From: Phoronis australis
Lineage: Eukaryota > Animalia > Phoronida
Assembly (NCBI GenBank): GCA_002633005.1
Contig: NMRA01000213.1
Coordinates: 589,529 to 653,528, forward strand
Direction of reading: 5' to 3'
Length of the DNA: 64,000 nt
Part shown: in pieces, positions 39,401-49,165 of the stretch
How positions within the stretch are numbered: the first letter of the stretch is position 1
Layout of the letters: each line of letters opens with the position of its first letter
Program-made: the position numbers and the translations under genes
The notes under the pieces: generated by a model
Databases searched by the model: none
What the model saw: only the letters and a program-made list of their open reading frames with translations
What the model was told of the DNA's origin: nothing

Positions 39401-42400
39401 TTCGAAACAGAACTCGAAACTGCACCAACCCAGCGCCAGCATTTGGAGGTGTCGGATGTGAGGAAAACGACACGGACATATCAGTTTGTGTTGTGGAAAA
39501 GTGCTCATGTAAGTTACCAGTCTTCTTGTGGAGATATTATAAATGCCTGTACTGTAACAATCATGTCATTTGATTGAAACTCCGAGTAACTGAATCACGT
39601 CGCGTTTTCTTTATACTCCATGTAGGACACATTTACACGAGTTGAAGGAGAATGCCACCCGATATAATTAGTCTTTTTTGCCGTCTTAATTGGTCTATAT
39701 CCACATCGCCTCGCAAACGGTCGACCTTACCTTGCCAAGAGGTGTCGCGTTAACCTGTGAGGAAGGTGAGAAACGACGCTAGGGACGTCAGTGGTTCATA
39801 TGCAGAGTGAATGCCGCTATGTTGCGGTGCATCGTTCCCGCTTCTCCGAACTAAGCAGCTGCGAGGAAAGCGGGTATATCGTTTTTTTTTACTTTCTCGA
39901 GAGTCCGAAATACTTAGGAAGTGGCTCATGGTAGTGAAGAATGAAATGTACATGTACCCTGTAAATAGCAAGTATGAGACCGTGAAACATTTCCGTGTCT
40001 GCAGCCTGCACTGAGACGTCCGACGAATGGGCTTACCAAATAACTCCATACGTTCCGTTGTCTGAGCTTGTTCACGGAGCCTCTCTAGTATTTCTTCATC
40101 ACTGTATTCCTGTTCGAATTGATAGCCTGTAATACTTAACGATCCACTTGCTAAGTCGTGACCTTTGAGCTCTAGCTCGTCCTAAGTCGGGATTGCGAGT
40201 TGCCATGTTGGCGTTTATTACTGAGCGTTCTGTTTCAAAATGAATTATTCTCACCCTAACCAATACTTACATAAAACTGAAACCAAGTCTGTCTCATTAG
40301 ATGCAATTTGTAATGCCTTTGGATTGTTCGTGAGTGCAAATGATTTGAGAAGCCCGCAATGAATAAATCACTGCGTTACCGGCTTTAGGGGAAATAAAAC
40401 TACTTGACGGGTCACCGAGGCCGTGTGAGCTCATGCTAATTTAGTGTTTGCTGACAGAAAGTATTGTGAAACAACTCGATTTCCATCCCACGGCCAGGTG
40501 TTAGGGGAATCTTTATTTACATTTACATTACTCAAATAATGATTGTCAATGTACAACTTCTGCCCTGACGGTGCGAGTATAGATTGGCAGTTTCGAGGTA
40601 ATTCACCTCCGTCTGCCGTCAGGTGTCAGGTACCGCAACCGTACGTATTGTTATGCAGTAGAACTACTCGATCTAAATTGATACAAATTTGGTTGTTTTT
40701 TGGGTGGCATGCTCCTTTAAAGTGTTTGCGATAGTCCGAAAATACATAGGATTTTTCTACATGCAATAATGCATAATGCTTCGGTCGTTAGACATGTGCC
40801 GAATACAACCGACTGCCAGGTATTGATACATGTACACCGTGCTGGGATTTCCTATACGTGCGAAATAGGGAGCCTTGAGTGGTTACAACCCAACACTCTG
40901 AAAACTCAATATTCTGACAGCACACTGTTCCCACAATTTACCTGATATACCGACAATGATCTCTTCTCTAAATTTTGTTGTATGTTACACGTTGTTGGTG
41001 ATTTTTATGCCATTTATTTATTGATTTCAAAAACCTCCTCATGGGGGAACATGCAACAATAATAAACAATATACAACAATTTTGAAAAATAATGCTTTGG
41101 TTATACGCGATGAAGATTGGGCTCGCGATGTGTCTAGAGCCGAGGAGAGTACGAATCAAGGAAATCACTCTGAGGTCTGTCACTATTTCTCACTCTGTGC
41201 ATCTTACCCGGAGTAAGCTGCCTGGTATAATTCATAAACGTTTGTATGCATGTACATGTGCTATACGTTTGTATGCATGTACATGTGCTATACGTTTTTG
41301 GGAATGATAACCTCTGACATGGCATATACTGCAAAATTTGAGGTGATTGATACTTCCTCGCTTTTTGCAGAAATCTGTACAAAGGACACAAATTATCTGG
41401 CGAACGTGAATTTTGCTTCTTTACCTTCGGTGAGCGCCACCATTCGGAGAGCTTAAGGAGTTTTAGCAGTTGTCCAGTATTATCATCGTTATGACTAAAA
41501 AGAACTACGTGACCATTTCACGATGGAGAAGTCTATCATTAGTTGCCACTTTCAAAGCTGACACTGTGATAACCAATCAAAATCGGAATTATGAAAGCAA
41601 ACATTTTTGAAGGCACACAAATCATTGAATACATGCTGATAGTTTGCTTGGGTAACAACTTTCATTCACTCATTCTATTGAAATTCGATTTCTTATAGTC
41701 GCCCGACGGCAGCCAGTCGACTGATGTCGCACATCCGATTTGCATCGTTTTTCATCTTTGTAAATAATCTACTGCTTACTTTCCCACAGCGCGATTCAAG
41801 TGCACTTGCTACAAATTATCAGATGATAGAATAGGACTACTGCGATTTTAACGGACTTATTTCACAATATGGTATTTCAGGGAAATACATAATGCCTCGC
41901 GCGGTTTATTAGCATACTTTCGGACCAGTCCACCTTTGTACTAGTGCACCTTCGGACTTGTCTACCGTTGGACTAGTGCACCTTCATACTAGTGCACCTT
42001 CGGACTTTCAGATAATTAACAAGAATCTTCATGTCTAACTTAAAATTAATTTGGGGCGCCAGTTGTTAGATTAACTTTAATGCAAGGTGTATTTGTATTT
42101 ACTTAATTATAATTTATTGTAATGTCGCAATATACATGTAATATCATGTGTCTTGTCTGGCTTACGTTGTCGTTTTCATAACCAACTCGAGGCTATATCA
42201 GCGTTGTGTTAATTAAAAGAAATTTATGTAATTATACGATGTCTGTTTGGAATTTGTATGCGTTACATTTAACGTATACGGTGTGGACTTGGCGAAAGAA
42301 CTTCAGGAAAAAAATAAACAAATCCTTTTCCATTACGCAGATTGCAAAGACAACAACAACAATTGTAACTATTGGGCTACAAAAGGCTATTGTAACAACA

Positions 42401-42516
42401 ACAATTATAAGGCGTATATGCAGAAGAATTGTCGAGCATCCTGCAAGGTCTGTGGTGGAGGAAACGGCGGAGGCGGCGGCGGTGGTGGTGGTGGTGGCGG
42501 TGGTAACAGTACGTAA
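15352..42516 (+). CDS. Multi-exon gene for a mosaic extracellular lectin (SUEL-PAN-CTL-TSP1-WSC-WSC-PAN-CTL-TSP1-PAN-CTL-F5/8C-TSP1x4-ShKT); 5' end missing, 3' end uncertain
   Basis: 20 exons with AG acceptors and GT (one GC) donors join in compatible phases with no stop codon, about 4.58 kb of coding sequence. Domains were recognised from conserved Cys/Trp motifs (see exon entries). Many N-x-S/T sequons. Confidence 0.85.
15979..16239 (+). CDS. Exon: PAN/Apple domain 1 (ends at a GC donor)
   Basis: ...SEHACASYCANDTQCKSADY...CVF...HLEFQFTD, with C-x3-C-x5-C-x-S spacing; donor g|GCAAGT at the same position as the GT donors of the other two PAN exons. Confidence 0.85.
16412..16468. repeat. Compound (GAC)n(GAT)n microsatellite just upstream of the CTL1 exon
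   Basis: Direct reading. Confidence 0.95.
16493..16673 (+). CDS. Exon: C-type lectin domain 1, N-terminal half
   Basis: GCPRGWTMIGNRRCF...AFEYCASRGALLAV; tttcAG and GTGAGA, phase 1-2. Confidence 0.9.
17255..17502 (+). CDS. Exon: C-type lectin domain 1, C-terminal half (EPN motif)
   Basis: YWMGI...FTNWRSGEPNERENTCV...WEDASC...IVCE; ttccAG and GTGTGT, phase 2-1. Confidence 0.92.
18147..18353 (+). CDS. Exon: thrombospondin type-1 repeat
   Basis: GGWGEFGPWTSC...RTRTKMCNNPAPSGGGSYC...ETQSC; tttAG and GTAAGA, phase 1-1. Confidence 0.9.
19364..19648 (+). CDS. Exon: WSC (putative carbohydrate-binding) domain, copy 1
   Basis: Frame not shown in the ORF track: IEYGCYVDSDRRDLP...LTPSKCREACQDTGYNYAAVQAGYQCFCGN...ECSFDCKGDRTQKCGGSWRN; ttctttaAG and GTACGT, phase 1-1. 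Confidence 0.9.
20179..20457 (+). CDS. Exon: WSC domain, copy 2 (recent tandem duplicate)
   Basis: IEYGCYVDSKSRDIP...LTPSKCRKACQDTGYNYAAVQAGFQCFCGN...ECSSDCEGDKTQKCGGSWRN; same splice sites as copy 1, 6 nt shorter, still in frame. Confidence 0.88.
21396..21442. repeat. (CA)n microsatellite
   Basis: Direct reading. Confidence 0.95.
22136..22402 (+). CDS. Exon: PAN/Apple domain 2
   Basis: SELNCAILCLNDAECQSADY...CTF...HLEFQCSL; tttcAG and GTAAAA, phase 1-1. Confidence 0.88.
23431..23611 (+). CDS. Exon: C-type lectin domain 2, N-terminal half
   Basis: GCPPGFHLYDNSKCY...FTEAIDYCYAR; ttgcAG and GTACGT, phase 1-2; 181 nt, the same length as the CTL1 N exon. Confidence 0.9.
23865..24090 (+). mobile_element. 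Possible degenerate CORE-type SINE
   Basis: tgtgtccttgagccagatattttac (about 23926-23950) resembles the CORE motif; no intact A/B box seen. Confidence 0.3.
24581..24822 (+). CDS. Exon: C-type lectin domain 2, C-terminal half (EPS motif)
   Basis: YWLGM...YTYWRNGEPSHDCALMNC...WEGVDC...IICE; ttctAG and GTACGT, phase 2-1. Confidence 0.9.
25244..25447 (+). CDS. Exon: divergent TSP1 repeat
   Basis: GGWTQVRWNGPCVPCGKRTLFAQCDNPPPVNGGYC...EEDYC; tacAG and GTAAGT, phase 1-1. Confidence 0.82.
27601..27907. mobile_element. MITE with related termini and 5-bp TSD GTGCA, 30 nt upstream of the PAN3 exon
   Basis: cagtgacgggtctagg...cctaaatccgcctatg flanked by gtgca at 27596-27600 and 27908-27912. Confidence 0.72.
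27937..28212 (+). CDS. Exon: PAN/Apple domain 3
   Basis: SEMDCAILCLDESGCKSADF...CIL...HLEFACVV; tgtAG and GTAAGT, phase 1-1. Confidence 0.88.
29279..30208. repeat. Perfect 28-bp minisatellite, about 33 copies
   Basis: (cttgttatctaaactggtttgtctgtac)n with no variant unit seen and no spacers. Confidence 0.97.
30645..32031. mobile_element. Probable degenerate TTAA-type (Kolobok-like) DNA element
   Basis: Right end cgactacactacccc-TTAA; subterminal inverted match agttatttttgctcga (about 30658) and tcgagcaaaataaaataact (about 31992); left terminus eroded. Confidence 0.35.
32570..32741 (+). CDS. Exon: C-type lectin-like domain 3, N-terminal half
   Basis: Frame not in the ORF track: DKSPYWWDNSSRWNAFSYSLQHLDYEEAKRHCDMRNSHVLFLNSLQEVSQIIQW; ttgcAG and GTAAGT, phase 1-2. 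Confidence 0.8.
33241..33440 (+). CDS. Exon: C-type lectin-like domain 3, C-terminal half (no EPN/QPD motif)
   Basis: VFWLS...NQCLSLVCNFTHCYEMARMCNDSLPVICEK; cgcAG and GTAGGC, phase 2-1. Confidence 0.82.
34170..34360 (+). CDS. Exon: F5/8 type C (discoidin) domain, part 1
   Basis: LNNLPATSFKVSS...AWCA...IEVDLGVDWVVTAIGTK; aacAG and GTAATT, phase 1-0. Confidence 0.82.
34682..34792 (+). CDS. Exon: F5/8 type C domain, part 2
   Basis: GSTSHDQWVTVYEFYLGMDS...; tacAG acceptor; donor GTAAGG at 34793 (alternative in-phase GTATGT at 34781), phase 0-0. Confidence 0.8.
35872..36010 (+). CDS. Exon: F5/8 type C domain, part 3
   Basis: Frame not in the ORF track: FNGNVNKNSEVVNRLEFPRVARFVRIQPLSYHGWKSLRLEIYG, with the ARFVRI.P and LR.E.YG signatures; tttcAG and GTAATT, phase 0-1. 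Confidence 0.9.
37120..37693. mobile_element. Element with about 90-bp inverted ends carrying hammerhead-like motifs (probable PLE remnant)
   Basis: 37120-37208 is the reverse complement of 37608-37693; TTGAGAA..ggt(t)..(a)acc GAAAC(G/T)TC motif in both arms. Confidence 0.5.
38199..38366 (+). CDS. Exon: TSP1 repeat
   Basis: GGWSSWGAWSQC...RNRSRVCNNPVP...C.G...C; tctAG and GTATGC, phase 1-1. Confidence 0.9.
38996..39508 (+). CDS. Exon: three tandem TSP1 repeats
   Basis: DGNWTTWSNWTACSLTCGGG.R.R.R.C.NP.P..GG..C repeated three times; aacAG and GTAAGT, phase 1-1. Confidence 0.95.
39646..40716. mobile_element. Kolobok-like non-autonomous DNA transposon, copy 1
   Basis: TIRs aggagaatgccaccc and gggtggcatgctcct, flanked by ttga and ttaa (TTAA-type TSD, AG termini). 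Confidence 0.7.
42341..42516 (+). CDS. Exon: ShKT domain plus poly-Gly linker (ends at donor 42509 or at TAA 42514-42516)
   Basis: CKDNNNNCNYWATKGYCNNNNYKAYMQKNCRASCKVC (six-Cys ShKT pattern ending C-x3-C-x2-C) followed by a G-rich tail; cattacgcAG acceptor; a phase-1 GTACGT donor precedes the stop. Linkage to the upstream exons is inferred from phase only. Confidence 0.8.
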
Positions 42517-42545
42517 TATGGTCAATTTCATCATACTGCTCCTAA

Positions 42546-45106
42546 AGGAGAATGTCACCCGATTTCATTAGTCTTTTTTGCCGTCTTAAACGGTCTATAT
42601 CCACATCGCCTCGTATACGGTCGACCGTACCTTGCCAAGAGGTGTCGCGTTAACCTGTGAGGAAGGTGAGAAACGACGCTGGCGACGTCAGTGGTTCATA
42701 TGCAGAGTGAATGTCGCTATGTTGCTGTGCATCGTTCCCGCTTGTCCGAACTAAGCAGCTGCGAGGAAAGCGGGTATATCGTTTTTTTTATGCGCCCACA
42801 TATTTATATGTGGACGCATTATGAAGTCATCTCCGTCCGTCCGTCCGTCCGTCCGTCCGTCCGTCCGTCCGTTCGTCCGTCCGTCCGTCCGTCCGGGCGG
42901 CGTCCGTCCGGCGTCCAGCGTCCGGCGTCCGCTGCTTTATCTCCAAAACCCTTTGACATACGTTCATGAAATTTGGCACATATGTCCCATTCATGAATGG
43001 GACGGAATGTGCGAACTTTCGGACGGATCCGACTACCGGTGTGCCCCCTAGTGGCAATTTTAGTTTTTTACGCTTACCTTTGTATCTTCAAAAGTCCTGA
43101 ACGGATTTTCATGAAATTTTGTATGTAGGCACCTATTAGTGAGATGACGCTTTTTCCTATCGTTTTCAGATGGATTTGACATAGTTTGCGCCACCTAGTG
43201 GCCATTCTTAGTGTTTTCGAGTTTGTTTTGTGCGTCCACCTCTCTATCAACCAAACCGCTCAAAGGATGATTGTGAAAATTGGCATGTATATGCTTACTA
43301 TGTAGAGGACGATTGACGATGATTTTCCGACGGTTTAGACTACTGTGGCGCCTCCTAGTGGCAGTTTTTTTGTGCCTATGGCTGTATCTCCTAAACCGTT
43401 CGCAGGATCTTTACGAAATTGTGTAAGTATATTTATATGATGTTAACAATAGACGATGACAACTTTTGGACGGATCAGCCTACCAGTGTGCCACCTAGTG
43501 GCAATTTTATTTTTTTACGTTTACCTCTGTATCTTCACAAGTCCTTAACGGATTTTCATGAAATTTGGTATGTAGGCACCAATTAGTGCGATGACGCTAT
43601 CCTCACGTTTTCGGATGGATTCGACCTAGTTTGCGACACCCAGTGGCCATTTTTACTGTTTTTGGGTCTGTTTTTTGGCGTCCACCCCTCTATCAACCAA
43701 ACCACTCTAAGTATGATTGTGAAAATTGGCATGTATGTTGTTACTATGAAGAGGACGGTTGATGCTGAATTTCCCATGACTTTGATTACTGTGGCCCCTC
43801 CTAGTGGCAGTTTTTTTGCGCCCATGGCTGTATCTCCCAAACCGTTTGCAGGATTTTTACTAAATTTAGCAAGTGTATTTATGTGATGTTGACAACGGAC
43901 GATGACGACTTTAGGATGATTATGACTACCGGTATGCCTCTAGTGGCAATTTTAGTATTTTACATTGACCTCTGTATTTTCATAGGTCTTCAGGTGTATA
44001 CTTTGTGTTACTTCGTGACTATGAAGGAAAAAATCAAAATAGAAATTTGTTTCTGGCATTCTAATGCTGTGCTAATCTCTTATGTTGGTAAATTTGTTTT
44101 TAATTCTATGTTTCTGTGGTGCTTTAAGTAACTGATGTATAAGATGTGCTTGTATTATGAAGATCACTCACATTTTGCCCCTAGCCTATTGAGGAGACAA
44201 TGACCATGCCTTTCCATTTTGCAAAGTACAACATACTACATTTATGCCCTCTACTGGCCACTTTATGGTACCAATAAACAACCTTAGAAGGATGCCGTAT
44301 ACGGTGCAATTGTGGGCGCATTTCAACGCTTTGCGTTGCTCTTGTTTACTTCCTCGAGAGTACGAAATGCTTAGGAAATGGCTCATGGTAGTGAAGAATG
44401 AAATGTACGCTGTAAATAGCAAGTATGAGGCCGTGAAACATCTCCGTGTCTGTGGCCTGCAGACGTCGACAGTGCCTGACGAATGGGCTTACCAAATAAC
44501 TCCATACGTGCCGTTGTCTGAGCTTGTTCACGGCGCCTCTCTAGTATTTCGTCATCACTGTATTCCTGTTCGAATTGATAGCCTGTAAAACTTAACGACC
44601 CACCAGCGAAGTCGGGACTGATGAGCTCTAGCTCGTCCTAAGTCGGGATTGCGAGTTGCCATGTTGGCGTTTATTACCGAGCGTTCTGTTTCAAAATGAA
44701 TTCTCACCCTAACCAATACTTATGTAAAGCTGAAACAAAGTCTGTCTCATTAGATGCACTTTGTAATGCCCTTGAGTGTTCGTGAGTGTAAATGATTTGA
44801 GAAGCCAGCAATGAATAAACCTCTGCGTTACCGGCTTTAGGTGCAATAAAACTAATTGACGGGACACCCGAGGCCGTGTGAGCTCATGCTAACTTAGTGT
44901 TTGCTGGCAGAAACTCTTGTGAAACAACTCGATTTCCATGCCATGGCCAGGTGTTAGGGGAATCTTTATTTACATTTACATTACACAAATAATGATTGTC
45001 AATGTACAACTTCTGCCCTGACGGTACTTGTGCTGTGGCCAAAGCGGAACCTGAATTCGCGGCCCCCGACGAGTAAGTAGATTTGCAGTTTCGTGGCTAT
45101 TTCACC
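42546..45106. mobile_element. Kolobok-like element, copy 2 (interrupted by a HINE; right end not found)
   Basis: 42546-42790 plus 44346-45106 align colinearly with 39646-40607. Confidence 0.75.
42788..44345 (+). mobile_element. Helentron-associated non-autonomous element (HINE/DINE-1-like)
   Basis: 5' subTIR with adjacent inverted copy (atgcgcccacatat..atatgtggacgcat), (GTCC)n microsatellite, central ~150-bp repeats, 3' subTIR tgtgggcgcat, hairpin caacgc-ttt-gcgttg, CTTGT end. Inserted in a T-run without TSD; empty site at about 39890. Confidence 0.88.
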
Positions 45107-45550
45107 AACACAATCACGTGCACATTACTTCTTTGGCTCACTAGTATAATTTTCTTGACTGGAAATCCAGTTTCTAACTTTGGCTGGTTTATGTTCGTGG
45201 TGTCTGATCATTTTCCTAGCCACTGGCCGGGATAACGAGTCAATCCGGCCGGCCGCGACGGGCCCGATCGGTTTCCGAGAACCACTGGCCAGGATAACAA
45301 GCGTTTCGTGTTTAGAAGTTAAAAAATCACAAGGCCAAACAACACAGATCTAGGTTCTTCTGTTAGTATCTCACGGAAAATACTTCGAAATTATCTCCGA
45401 ACAGACTCCAAACTCCTGCTACAGACCTTATTGGCCTGCCGAACTTTGTAGCCTACGGTGTGTCCAAATACCAATAAATCCGTAAGAGCAAAATAAAACA
45501 ACACTTTTATATAATAACTCGGTGTATTTTTAAGGGTTTTACATCGAAGT

Positions 45551-46352
45551 TTATTTATTTATTTATTATTGTGATATTTAAAATGAGGGTGGCCTCTTCA
45601 GTGATAGCACTGCTTTCCAAGGGGGCCCTCAACAAGACAAACAGTAATATAATACAATGAAGTAATAAAACAACAATGAAATATACTTAACAAAGATACA
45701 ATTAAAACAGGTTGAGAATTAAGACAATAACTAAATGACAAATAATGGTAAAAATTTATGTAAGACAGATGAAATAAATTAAGAGACGATTCTAGACAGT
45801 GAGAGTATTTACGACAATGAAAAAATGACATGATTAAGACAGGCAGGGTATAAAAGGTCAAGTAAATTACAGCCACTTTTTAATATTTACTTTAAAGGTA
45901 GTAATTGAATTGGACCGTTTAATTTCTGGGCTAAAAGAATTCCATATTATAGCAGCTGCATAGATAAAAGATCTCTTGCCCGTCTCGGTTTTAATTTTTT
46001 TAGAATAAACATTGCCACCAACAGAAGAACGTGTAGAATATACAGCCTGGCTGCTATTGAATTTACTGCTGAGATATGCTGGAGCCAAGCCATTGATACA
46101 TCTGTACATACATGTACAACAGGCAGACAGATATTTATTTCTTTGTCTTATTTTCATAAATCCCAGCTTGGAATACATGTCGTCAACCCTAGTGTCCCTA
46201 ATTTTAGTACCCAGGATAGCCCTGGGGGCTCTATTTTGGATTACTTGGACTTTGCTGACAAGTGTGTCACTGGTGTGCCCCCAAACCGGTAAACAATAAT
46301 CAATATGAGGTTGAATAATGGAATGGTAAAGGGTCTTAAGAGTACTGACATT
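45551..46352 (-). mobile_element. L2/Crack-type LINE 3' fragment
   Basis: LKTLYHSIIQPHIDYCLPVWG...IQNRA...GKRSFIYAAAIIWNS...FK, followed by a 3' UTR and (TAAA)n tail at about 45551-45570; truncated at the N at 46353. Confidence 0.85.
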
Positions 46353-47671
46353 NGCCCCCCCCCCCCCCCTGGGAGCGCGCATGTATTTAGTCTATAGCCA
46401 TTGTTGATATAACGACTAGTGTCCTCTGATTGGCTGAAGCGGCGAACGATAACTTCCGTTTTAAATGTAAAAACCACGAATCTCTGACAAGAGCGAATAA
46501 AGGGTGACAGTGCTTCAGTGAAGGTAAGAAAATGTTAATCTTAAAAGAGACTTGAAAATAAGACGAACCGAAGAACAGCAATGTCGTGGTCGGCCTTTCT
46601 TTTGCTACAGCATTGTCCGTGTGAAAATTATCCTTGGGATCGGTCCCTACTTGTATAGCGCTTTTCATCTTTCTGAATCAGCGATCGTTAAAAACCCTAC
46701 AGCGCAAATAACACATTTTACCATACCCCCAGACAAATTGCCTGCTGAATGCCAATGAACTGGCTCAACTTGATGACGGAAACAATTTACCGGAAACTTG
46801 GACTTCGTCACTTCAACGTGTTGAACAGTCATAGTTGCGTTGAAAACGAGACCGTAGAAACGTAAATATTTTTGAAAGGTGCGCAAACTGATTTGAGTTT
46901 ACCCAACTGTCCACACCCAAAGTGGTCACGAAATTCAAATTCTTCTCTATCACCAATCAGGTCGTCGCTAGTGGGTGACATGTACATATATCTCTTAGGC
47001 AACCTGGGACTTGAATTTCTAGCAAAGATGTCACCCAAAATTCAACTTCCCTCCTTTCATATAACAGACATATGATGGTCTGTTGGGGGTAATCGGAAGG
47101 ATGTCAACCATACTCGACTTTGCCGCGGTCAAACACAAGGATCACGTGGCGAAATGGTAGGCTGTTTATGACAATGTGCAAAGCCATCGTCTTCAACAGC
47201 TGGTTTCGAAAATATGCGTTTTTCAATTTCCAAAGTGGTTACAATAGCTCTTTATCAACTTCACAGGGTTTTTCACAAATGACTTTAAAATACCGTAAGA
47301 GATTGAGCTGTTGCAAAAATCTGGAAGAAATGGTATTCATGGAAATCAATTCTGCAGTGGTTATTCTAACCCCACGTGAATGTATAATGGTAAGACCGTT
47401 TGTTAAAATTAAATCCGTTTTAATATCTGATGGCCAATTTCAGTAACGTCTTATCAGGGCTTCTTCAACCGTTTAGTTAATGTTACATGTACGAATAGCA
47501 CATGAAGTGATACAATTACTGCCTGCAAATCGAAATCATCACATGCAGTCAGATTAACAAATATAACAAGAACCAGTATAAAGATGACCACTACTGGCAG
47601 ATATCAGAAATACAAGTTATACTTTTGCTAAGCGGTGCAAGAGCAAACCGAAGTTGAGAAGCCACCTGATC

Positions 47672-48260
47672 GAATTCATAAGTTTCATAAGACGTGGTGA
47701 TGATGCTAGTAAAAGGAAGGCCCAAGCGCAGAAAGGCATCCTGCGCACAGCCAACGACTGGAGAGTGTGGGCAGACCTTGCCGGTCACCAGTCATTCTTC
47801 CCACAGCACATTGTCCAGACGACCCAGCGCCCTGACCTGAGAGTTCCCACCAGGTAATCCTGATCGAACTCACCATCCTATGGGAGAGTAGGGTGGATGA
47901 GGCACACGAGCGGAAGAACATGAAGTATGCAGACCTGAGGAATGGCTGCCTCGTTAACGGCTGGCGATGTTGAAGTTTTCCTGTGGAGGTCGGCTGCCGG
48001 GGTTTTCAGGCCAATTCAGTCACTACCATGGCGAGGTCCTTGGCGTCGCTGTGTCAGGAAAGAAGGTTCTCCTACGCGACGTAGCCACTAAAGCTGAACA
48101 GGCATCTTATTGGATTTGGATGAAACACCAACAGCAATACCATCAACAACCGTCAGACAGAGCCTGATCAACTCTGTTGTCCGCCTGCAAGAGATGGTCT
48201 TGCTTTAGGGACGAAACCATTAAGGACAGCAGGAGACCAACTGAAGATACCGGTTGAGCA
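47672..48260 (+). mobile_element. HERO/NeSL-type non-LTR retrotransposon 3' fragment (restriction-like endonuclease), degenerate
   Basis: GILRTANDWRVWADL...TTQRPDL, then (frameshift) VILIELTILWESRVDEAHERKNMKYADL...GW..*SFPVEVGCRGF...AEQASYWIW; PD-(D/E)xK-type RLE motif with a frameshift and a stop. Confidence 0.8.
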
Positions 48261-48999
48261 TAGTTTCATCAAGTGTTTAAAGTAAGTCTTTTTAAAAATC
48301 AAAACCGTTACTATTCAAAGAGTTTTTGAAACCGTCTTTGAACTCGCCTACCTAACTTTTGATTGAGCCATATATCTTTATAAACCATTGCATTTCTTGT
48401 TCAAGGTAGAAGTGTTTTGAGACGGCTCTATTTGAAGAAAGTAGATGGGAACACTGATAGTATGAAGACCTAAATAACAAGCCTGGTTAATAAAAAATTC
48501 AATTAATGACGAAATATAGCTACTATGGAACTTCAGTGAAGTAGCAAAACCTGACTTGCATGAGTTAGCTTCTTTGGATTTCTTGTTATAGCAAAGTGCT
48601 ATTGCTTTACACCGTCTACATTTTACTTTTACAGTATTCTAGGGAAATACGAACGCTAGATACTAGGTAATTCAACTTTCCACTTGTAGCAAAGCATGTG
48701 CGCATTAGTCCCGTCACGTGATGAAGTTCTTGCTCTTTACAGGGTACGTATTTCTTCACGGCAAGTTAACTTTCCTTTCCAAACTAGACTGCTGATTCTT
48801 GGCTCCTGGTGAATACAACTGTCTATAGCTCACTACTTTAACAAATTACAGCTGCTTTGATCAATGCAGATTTTCCCAGTGCTACAGGTACACGTAGAAC
48901 TGCATGGTCGAATGTTCATAAGGCTGATGAACGATTTATAGTCCTAATTATTGTCCTTTTGTTTACATTGGACGAAAGTTTGTTCCCCTCTCGTGATAA

Positions 49000-49165
49000 T
49001 TTAATGCATGGCAGGTGGTCACAATGGACAAATTGGTGGTTCTGTGCAATGAATTTTTTAAAGGAGACGAAGAACCAGTAATTGTTCGGGGCTATTTCCG
49101 TACAAAAAAATCGGGACTTTCGCTGTTCTCAGACTTTCCCATTTGAAAAAAGACGATGTCTGAAC
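49000..49165 (+). pseudogene. Frameshifted TSP1-like exon remnant
   Basis: HGRWSQWTNWWFC, then (+1) RRRRTSNCSGLFP, then (-1) FRCSQTFPFEKRRC; both shifts fall at homopolymer runs. Confidence 0.5.

Noticed and set aside
42691-43057. RPSV/TDGR repeat ORFs
   Set aside because: They are translations of the HINE (GTCC)n microsatellite.
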